Positions 57,375 to 64,000 of a stretch of 64,000 nt of DNA are shown in pieces. Where the stretch lies: the NCBI GenBank assembly GCA_965217075.1, contig CBDCHC010000005.1, positions 22,378 to 86,377 on the forward strand, written 5' to 3'. A model generated the notes under the pieces. The model was given only the letters and a program-made list of their open reading frames with translations, was not told the origin of the DNA and did no database searches. The DNA comes from Gammaproteobacteria bacterium. GTDB lineage: Bacteria > Pseudomonadota > Gammaproteobacteria > PS1 > Pseudothioglobaceae. Each line of letters opens with the position of its first letter. The stretch's first letter is position 1. The position numbers and the translations under genes are program-made.

Positions 57375-58632
57375 GTTCTTAGTTTTTTTATTATGCAGCA
57401 ATATGGTAGTTGCTGCTGAGCTAAATTTAGCCAATACATCATGGATACTTACTTCAAGTACTTTAGTTTTATTTATGACAGTACCAGGTTTAGCGTTATT
57501 TTACGGTGGTTTAGTACGTAGTAAAAATGTATTGTCTATTTTAATGCAATGTTTCGCTATTACAGCTCTTTCTTCAATTTTATGGTTTTTAGCTGCTTAT
57601 AGTTTAGCTTTTTCTGGCGATGGTGCTTTTATTGGTAATTTAGATAAATTCATGTTTTCCGGTATGTTTAAGGGTAGCCTTAAGGGCGATTTACCAGAAA
57701 GTGCTTTTGCTTTTTTTCAAATGACATTTGCTATTATAACACCAGCTCTGATTATTGGTGGTTATGCAGAACGCATAAAATTTAGTGCAGTATTGCTATT
57801 TAGTGGTATATGGTTATTTATGGTTTATACGCCAATTACTCACTGGGTATGGGGTGGTGGTTGGCTACAGCAAATAGGATTGCTTGATTTTGCAGGTGGC
57901 ACTGTCGTGCATATAAGTGCAGGAGTTGGTGCGTTAGTAAGCGCTATTGTTATAGGCAATAGAAGTGGTTTTTTAAAAAAAGCCATGCCACCGCATAATA
58001 TGACTATGACTATGACAGGGGCAGCAATGTTATGGGTTGGTTGGTTTGGCTTTAATGGAGGGTCAGCTTTGGCTGCTAATGGTGATGCTGCTATGGCGAT
58101 TTTAGTTACTCATATTAGTGCTATTAGCGCCGCTTTTACCTGGATGATATATGAGTGGCTTAAATTTGGTAAGCCAACTGCACTTGGCATGGCTACAGGT
58201 TTAGTTGCAGGGCTTGGGACTATTACTCCAGCCTCTGGCTTTGTAGGCCCAGCTGGTGCTTTTGTTATTGGCATTATTGCTGGAATTATTTGTTTTAATG
58301 CTGTTTTTTTATTAAAACAAAAATTAAAAATAGATGATTCTTTAGATGTATTTCCAGTGCATGGTGTTGGTGGTATTATTGGTACTTTATTAGTAGCTAT
58401 TTTTGCTTCTAATAATTTAGGGATATTTAGCGGACAAGGCATGAGTAATACTATAATCACCCAATTATATATACAAGCAATTGGCGTGCTTGCTACTTTT
58501 ATTTATAGCGCTATACTTAGTTATATTATCTTAATTACCATTGATAAAGTAATTGGTTTAAGAGTAAATAAAGAACAAGAACAACAAGGCTTAGATATAA
58601 CAGCGCATGAAGAGGTAGGTTATGATATTTAA
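57361..58632 (+). CDS. amtB: ammonium transporter
   Basis: About 423 aa from the ATG at 57361, overlapping glnK by 14 nt. It has a signal-like N-terminus, DFAGGTVVHISAG, and GVHGVGGIIGTL. Confidence 0.93.
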   Translation: MTLFRFLVFLLCSNMVVAAELNLANTSWILTSSTLVLFMTVPGLALFYGGLVRSKNVLSILMQCFAITALSSILWFLAAYSLAFSGDGAFIGNLDKFMFSGMFKGSLKGDLPESAFAFFQMTFAIITPALIIGGYAERIKFSAVLLFSGIWLFMVYTPITHWVWGGGWLQQIGLLDFAGGTVVHISAGVGALVSAIVIGNRSGFLKKAMPPHNMTMTMTGAAMLWVGWFGFNGGSALAANGDAAMAILVTHISAISAAFTWMIYEWLKFGKPTALGMATGLVAGLGTITPASGFVGPAGAFVIGIIAGIICFNAVFLLKQKLKIDDSLDVFPVHGVGGIIGTLLVAIFASNNLGIFSGQGMSNTIITQLYIQAIGVLATFIYSAILSYIILITIDKVIGLRVNKEQEQQGLDITAHEEVGYDI

Positions 58633-59512
58633 CATAAAAGGGGCAATGGTTGCTATTGTAACTCCAATGACAACAGATGGTAATATTGATTTTGCTGCAC
58701 TTAAAAAATTAGTTAATATACATATTAAGGCTAATACAGCCGCTATAGTGGCAACTGGTACTACAGGTGAATCAGCTACTTTAACTAATGATGAACATTT
58801 AATGGTTATTGAAAAAATTATAGAATTTGCCGCAGGCAAAATTATTGTAATTGCTGGTACTGGTGCAAATTCTACTACTGAAGCTATATATTTAACTGCC
58901 GCAGCTAAAAAACTTGGGGCAGACGCTGTTTTATTAGTTACTCCATATTATAACAAACCAACCCAACATGGCTTATATTTGCATTATAAAGAGATTGCAA
59001 ATACTGTTGATATTCCGCAAATTTTATATAATGTTCCTGGTAGAACAGCTGTTAATATGAGCGTTGATACGGTTATTAAGCTTGCTAAGATTGATAATAT
59101 AGTTGGAATTAAAGATGCAACTGGTGATTTAACTGTTGCTCAAGAATTAATTAGTAAATGTGATAATGATTTTTTATTGTATAGTGGTGATGATATTACA
59201 GCAGTTGATTTTATTTTAATAGGCGGTGATGGTGGTATTTCTGTTACTAGCAATATTTGTCCTAATGAAATCTCTATTATGTATAATTTAGCTCTACAAC
59301 GCCAAGAGGAAAAAGCTAGGGTTATTGATAATAACTTAGCTGAGTTACATAAAAATTTATTTATAGAATCAAACCCAATACCAGTTAAATGGGTTTTATA
59401 TAAAATGGGGTTGTGCAATTTAGGTATTCGCTTACCACTTACAGTTTTAAGTGATAATGCACAAAAAATATTAACATCAACACTTAAAAAAATAAAAATT
59501 ATCAATGATTAA
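58622..59512 (+). CDS. dapA: 4-hydroxy-tetrahydrodipicolinate synthase
   Basis: 296 aa with GTTGES, PYYNKP, and Schiff-base Lys in GIKDATGD. Confidence 0.95.
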   Translation: MIFNIKGAMVAIVTPMTTDGNIDFAALKKLVNIHIKANTAAIVATGTTGESATLTNDEHLMVIEKIIEFAAGKIIVIAGTGANSTTEAIYLTAAAKKLGADAVLLVTPYYNKPTQHGLYLHYKEIANTVDIPQILYNVPGRTAVNMSVDTVIKLAKIDNIVGIKDATGDLTVAQELISKCDNDFLLYSGDDITAVDFILIGGDGGISVTSNICPNEISIMYNLALQRQEEKARVIDNNLAELHKNLFIESNPIPVKWVLYKMGLCNLGIRLPLTVLSDNAQKILTSTLKKIKIIND

Positions 59513-60698
59513 ATTTAACCTTATACTATTATCATTATTATTTGTTGCTTGTAGCAACAACATAAACAATAAAAATACTAATTTAGACAACATTAACCTT
59601 AGTTACCATAATGATAAAAATGTTAATTCTTTAATTGTACCACCTGATCTTACTAAACCTAATAATAAAGGTGCGTTAATTTTAGATAAATATACTGATA
59701 GAGCTGGTAATACTATTAATCTTAGTAATAAAAAAGTTGCTGTTAACAGTATTGTTACCAAAACTATTATTATTGATGTTAAAAAAGCAGGCGAGGATAG
59801 ATATTTAATTGTAAATAAAGATATTAATAGTTTATGGAATTTAGTTATAAATTTTTTAACAGAAAATAATTTTAAGTTGGAGCAAGCAGATATAAAAGCG
59901 GGGGTGTTGGTTACTAATTATTTAGAAAACAAGGTTAAGGTTCCTAAACAAAGCCTAGGTTTTATGCGTTCGTTATTTACTAGATATTTAAGAGCTAATT
60001 ATTCATTACCAACTATAGATAGATATAGCGTACGTTTTGAGAAATTAGCTGCTAATAAAACAGCTATATATTTAATTCTTAGCTCGATGGCAGAAGTAAT
60101 AACTAATAAAGGCGGGGATGATGAAAATACTATATGGCAACATATAACAAAAGATAAAAATATTGAAATAGCTATGCTTTATAAACTTATGCTATATTTA
60201 GGAGATACTAAAAATAACGCTGCACAAAAATTATTAAACAATAAAAATTTAATAAAAACTACTAACAATAAAATAGTTAAAAATATTACTAAACAAAATG
60301 TTAATAAATCTACCAATAAGATAATTAAAAATATACCTCTTAAACGCAATATTAAAAAAGCTAGTGTTAAATTATTTACGCCTATAGCTAATTATGCTAA
60401 ATTAATATTTTCATTAAATAGCAAAAAAACATTTAACTTAATAGATAAGGCATTAGATAGGCTTGATATTTATGTAGATAAAGATATTGCTAATAGTAGT
60501 TTTTATTTAGTGACAGAAGCAGAAGATGGTTTATTTACTAAAATTAATACACATAAATTTAAAATAAAAGTTAAACAATTAAAGTCCAATACAACAGCAG
60601 TAAATTTTATAAATTTATCTGCCTTAGATAAAACAGTCGTTATTAGTTTAAGCCAACAATTATTCACAGATATTAAAGATTTAGTTAATAAATTATAA
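59505..60698 (+). CDS. bamC: outer membrane protein assembly factor BamC (lipoprotein)
   Basis: It has the lipobox LLFVAC and sits in conserved dapA-bamC synteny. LIVPPDL, SLWNLVINFL and DRYSVRFE are collinear with E. coli BamC. It carries an Asn/Lys-rich insertion. Confidence 0.75.
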   Translation: MIKFNLILLSLLFVACSNNINNKNTNLDNINLSYHNDKNVNSLIVPPDLTKPNNKGALILDKYTDRAGNTINLSNKKVAVNSIVTKTIIIDVKKAGEDRYLIVNKDINSLWNLVINFLTENNFKLEQADIKAGVLVTNYLENKVKVPKQSLGFMRSLFTRYLRANYSLPTIDRYSVRFEKLAANKTAIYLILSSMAEVITNKGGDDENTIWQHITKDKNIEIAMLYKLMLYLGDTKNNAAQKLLNNKNLIKTTNNKIVKNITKQNVNKSTNKIIKNIPLKRNIKKASVKLFTPIANYAKLIFSLNSKKTFNLIDKALDRLDIYVDKDIANSSFYLVTEAEDGLFTKINTHKFKIKVKQLKSNTTAVNFINLSALDKTVVISLSQQLFTDIKDLVNKL

Positions 60699-62578
60699 TG
60701 CTTGATGGTGAGATAGTTAAAATTATCAATAAAAAAATTTTATTAAAAGATTTAAGCGATGCTAAATTATTAGAATTCTGCATTATTGCTAATGATAAAT
60801 ATCGTAGTGGTAAGCCTATTATTGGTGACAACGACTATGATTTTATTTTTTTAGCAGAACTTAAAAAAAGAAATATAATTCATCCTTTTTTAACTAATGT
60901 TGAAGATGAGAAAGAACGTTTTGGTAATAAGTTATTATTACCAAAACCAATGTTATCAACCGATAAAGCCTATACTTTTGCCAATATAGAAAAATGGTTA
61001 TTACGTATTAATAAAGCAGCAGATACGTTAGGTATTAATACTGGTCTTATAACTATAAAAGCTACGCCAAAATTAGATGGTTTTGCAGCTTTTGATGATG
61101 GTAATATTTTATACACCAGAGGTAATGGTACTAAAGGTAGTGATATTAGTAGGGTATTTAAACGTGGATTAAGTATTTTTGCTGGTAATAAACGTGGACT
61201 TGGTGCTGGAGAAATAGTTGTTAAAAAATCATATTTTAATAAATATTTAGCCAGTCATTTTGATTCACCGCGTAATTTTATTGCTAGTATTATTAAAGAA
61301 AAAGAATTAAATGCTACAATTAAACAAGTAATAACAGCTAAAGCTGCTGTTTTTGTACCTTTTAAAGTTTTACCTCAACAACAAATAACCAGTATAGATT
61401 TAGTTAAAAATTTTAATAGTATTGTTACCCAGATGTTAAGTGTTGTTGATTTTGATGTAGACGGAGTAATTTTTGAAGCAATAAATAATAAAATTAAAGA
61501 TTATATGGGCTCTACTCGTAAGTTTCATCGCTGGCAAATAGCATTTAAAGAAAATAAAGAAAAAGCACAGGTTAAGGTAATAGATATTATCCCGCAAGTA
61601 GGCAGAACTGGTGTTATTACTCCAGTAGTGAAAATTCAGCCAACATTTATTAGTGGTGCTACTATTAGTAGTATTAGTTACCATAACTATAAAATGCTCG
61701 TTACCAGTAAATTAGGCATAGGTTCTACAGTAGAGCTTATTCGCAGTGGTTTAGTTATTCCAAAAATTAATGCAGTATTAAGCACTGTAGAGCAAATAGT
61801 TGTGCCAGAAAAATGCCCCAGTTGCGATAATTATTTATCATGGGAGAGTGATTTTTTAGTATGTAGAGCTAATAATTGTCAGGCACAAATTAGTGCAAAA
61901 TTGGTTTATTTTTTTACTACTCTTGATAATAATAATGGTTTTGGCCCTGCTACTATGAATAAATTATATGATAATGGTATTAGAGAAATAACACAAATTT
62001 ATAATTTAACAATAAATGATTTTATTGTTATGGGTTTTGGCACTAAAACTAGTGTTAATTTATTTAATGAGTTAAATAAATCTATGGCGACTATGATTGA
62101 AGACTGGCGATTTTTAGCAGCTTTTGGTATAGAAAGACTTGGTTTTGGCAATAGTGAGATACTGCTGAAGTCTTATAAAATAACAGACATATTTAATTTA
62201 ACAGTTAAACAAATAGCAGCCATCGATGGTTTTGGCGATTTAGGCGCTAATATAATTGTAGCTGGTTTGCAAAATATTAAAACACAATGGGATAAACTTT
62301 ATCATAAATTTAATTTAGAATTTATTAATAATAACAGCCAAAATAATTATTTTTCTAATAAAAAAATAGTATTTAGTGGTATTATGCAAAAAAGTAGAAA
62401 TATTATACATAAAGAGGCAAAAAATTTTGGCATCATAATACAAAAATCTTTAAGTGCAAAAACTGATTTTTTAGTAATAGGCGATAAACCAGGACAAGAA
62501 AAATTATTAAGGGCTAAAAAACTTAATATAAACATTCTTAATGAGCAAGAATATTACCAGCAAACACATAGATCTTAG
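60698..62578 (+). CDS. NAD-dependent DNA ligase, divergent (LigA architecture with LigB-like motifs)
   Basis: 626 aa. It has a domain Ia-like segment (YRSGKPIIGDNDYDFIFLAEL), the adenylation motif PKLDG, RGNGTKGSDIS, an OB fold (QVGRTGVITPV), the four-Cys Zn finger CPSC...CRANNC, HhH repeats, and a C-terminal BRCT. Confidence 0.82.
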   Translation: MLDGEIVKIINKKILLKDLSDAKLLEFCIIANDKYRSGKPIIGDNDYDFIFLAELKKRNIIHPFLTNVEDEKERFGNKLLLPKPMLSTDKAYTFANIEKWLLRINKAADTLGINTGLITIKATPKLDGFAAFDDGNILYTRGNGTKGSDISRVFKRGLSIFAGNKRGLGAGEIVVKKSYFNKYLASHFDSPRNFIASIIKEKELNATIKQVITAKAAVFVPFKVLPQQQITSIDLVKNFNSIVTQMLSVVDFDVDGVIFEAINNKIKDYMGSTRKFHRWQIAFKENKEKAQVKVIDIIPQVGRTGVITPVVKIQPTFISGATISSISYHNYKMLVTSKLGIGSTVELIRSGLVIPKINAVLSTVEQIVVPEKCPSCDNYLSWESDFLVCRANNCQAQISAKLVYFFTTLDNNNGFGPATMNKLYDNGIREITQIYNLTINDFIVMGFGTKTSVNLFNELNKSMATMIEDWRFLAAFGIERLGFGNSEILLKSYKITDIFNLTVKQIAAIDGFGDLGANIIVAGLQNIKTQWDKLYHKFNLEFINNNSQNNYFSNKKIVFSGIMQKSRNIIHKEAKNFGIIIQKSLSAKTDFLVIGDKPGQEKLLRAKKLNINILNEQEYYQQTHRS

Positions 62579-62605
62579 TTGATAATTTTTTAAATTTAAA
62601 TTAAC

Positions 62606-64000
62606 TTATAACAATATAAAATCAGTTTCTATAATATTATAATTATTACTTAAAATAATATTAATTATATTAGCATTATCACCAGTACCATCTATATCAA
62701 TACTAACAGTTCTATTTATATTATCTGTAGTTATATTAATAAAATCATTAAATATACTAGAATTAGTATAACCATCTAATAGTACTGAAATATCAATTTT
62801 ATCGTCTACAGAAAAATCAGTAATAGTATCAGTACCAGTATTTTTATATAAAAAATAAAAGATATCAGCGCCAGCATTACCTGTTAGTATATCATTATCT
62901 CTACCACCATAAATATTATCAGCAGCATTGCTACCAGTAATTACATCATCACCTCCCAAGCCATGAATAGTTTGTGTAGTTATTTTTATGCTTTTATCTA
63001 TAATATTAATAGTATTATCTCCTACATGAAAAAAATCATCATTAGTTTTTAAATTACCCCCAATGTTCCAACCATAGTTATCTATTAAATAATTTGCAGC
63101 AGTAGCATTAGAATATATTCTACTTGTTGCACCTAAATTAACATTATTTTGTAAATTAGTTTCACTAGCTGCAGTATTTACATCTGCCCAACCAATTAAA
63201 GTTTTATCTAAATTACTCTCACTCATAGCACTGGAGCTAAACATAGCACTCATTTTATTGACTTTTGAGATATTCCAATTAGCTAAATTTTGATTAAAAC
63301 TTGATGCCTTGCTAAACATGCTAGTCATATTTGTAGCATTACTCATATCCCAGTCATTCATAGCTGTATTAAATTTTTTTGCACCATTAAACATAAAATT
63401 AAATTCTTCAACAGTGGTTGTGTTAGGTGCAATATCAGTATTAAATGTTTGCAATTCTACAGCATATTTAAATGAGCGTTTAAAGCTACTAAAATTAATA
63501 CTACCCCAATTTTTAACGGCTATTAATGTATTTTGTGTATTAGTAGTGTTACCATTTATATACAGTGCTGGAAATATTTTTGTAATTGATATATCGTAAT
63601 TACCTGTTTGAGCATAAGTATGGTTAGCTGCTGTTGTTTGATTGGTGGCAACTATACTACCATCACCCCAATTTATATTATAATTATAATCATAACTACT
63701 ATTAATTGGTATAGTAATACTTTCGTTAATATTTGTTATTTGCCAAGTGCTGATAAATGCAGAGTTATCTTGTTGAGTGATAGTGTAGTTTGCACTATTA
63801 GTTTGCACTATATTGGCATTTGTTGCTAAATCATAATATTTATTAGTAGCTACGCTAATCGTATTAGTATTGCTAATATTAACAGCAGTAAAAACTGCAT
63901 GCCAGGTTATATTGTCAGTAGTGGTTAGATTGTTAACTATACCACCATCAGCTATTATATCTGTTAAATCAAAATTACTAACTTCTTCATTAAAGGTAAA
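62606..64000 (-). CDS. large RTX-type secreted protein with a DUF285/BspA-like module (partial; N-terminus beyond the window)
   Basis: The reading frame is open from 62606 to the window edge; the track start at 63808 is an internal GTG. It has an Ig-like adhesin repeat at 63809-64000. The DUF285-type repeats are FNGAKKFNTAMNDWDMSNATNMTSMF and ASSFNQNLANWNISKVNKMSAMF. The C-terminus has RTX nonapeptides (GGDDVITGSNAADNIYGGRDNDILTGNAGAD) and a type I secretion domain. Confidence 0.8.
   Translation of the reverse strand, partial: FTFNEEVSNFDLTDIIADGGIVNNLTTTDNITWHAVFTAVNISNTNTISVATNKYYDLATNANIVQTNSANYTITQQDNSAFISTWQITNINESITIPINSSYDYNYNINWGDGSIVATNQTTAANHTYAQTGNYDISITKIFPALYINGNTTNTQNTLIAVKNWGSINFSSFKRSFKYAVELQTFNTDIAPNTTTVEEFNFMFNGAKKFNTAMNDWDMSNATNMTSMFSKASSFNQNLANWNISKVNKMSAMFSSSAMSESNLDKTLIGWADVNTAASETNLQNNVNLGATSRIYSNATAANYLIDNYGWNIGGNLKTNDDFFHVGDNTINIIDKSIKITTQTIHGLGGDDVITGSNAADNIYGGRDNDILTGNAGADIFYFLYKNTGTDTITDFSVDDKIDISVLLDGYTNSSIFNDFINITTDNINRTVSIDIDGTGDNANIINIILSNNYNIIETDFILL

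Overview
This is a 64-kb stretch of a very AT-rich chromosome (about 30% GC by eye) that is extremely gene-dense. Gene content and local synteny point to a gammaproteobacterium: tig-clpP-clpX, cmk-rpsA-ihfB, dapA-bamC, nudE, dsbC, rnf, gsp and atpIBEFHAGDC. I cannot name the species. I call about 66 protein genes and 2 tRNAs (Asn-GTT, Lys-TTT). I found no rRNA, CRISPR array, transposase, integrase or phage genes. The standard genetic code applies, since TGA is used as a stop and Trp is TGG. Most genes are housekeeping, but their arrangement is unusual. Classical operons are scattered, and unrelated genes are joined by overlapping start and stop codons. Convergent genes share a palindromic TTAA as both stop codons. 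Accessory or atypical content: (1) a decaying copper-resistance cluster, with a small Cys/His secreted protein, a copA multicopper oxidase broken by two homopolymer frameshifts, and an intact copB; (2) next to it, a Sec-exported low-complexity protein built from NWGPF and YAKGRADG repeats with no obvious family; (3) two large RTX-type secreted proteins that share a C-terminal secretion domain, one carrying a DUF285/BspA-like module, with no type I secretion genes in the window; (4) a split Rnf system, with rnfABCD at 32.4-35.8 kb and rnfG 24 kb away, translationally coupled to an orphan NarX/NarQ-like kinase that has no periplasmic domain, and no rnfE in the window; (5) rimI and waaA, whose conserved N-terminal regions are in frame but have no ATG/GTG/TTG start; (6) a frameshifted CbbY-like phosphatase; (7) a divergent NAD-dependent DNA ligase and a dimeric (Campylobacter/trypanosomatid-type) dUTPase. 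All homology statements come from reading the translations and from remembered family motifs. No database search was possible.
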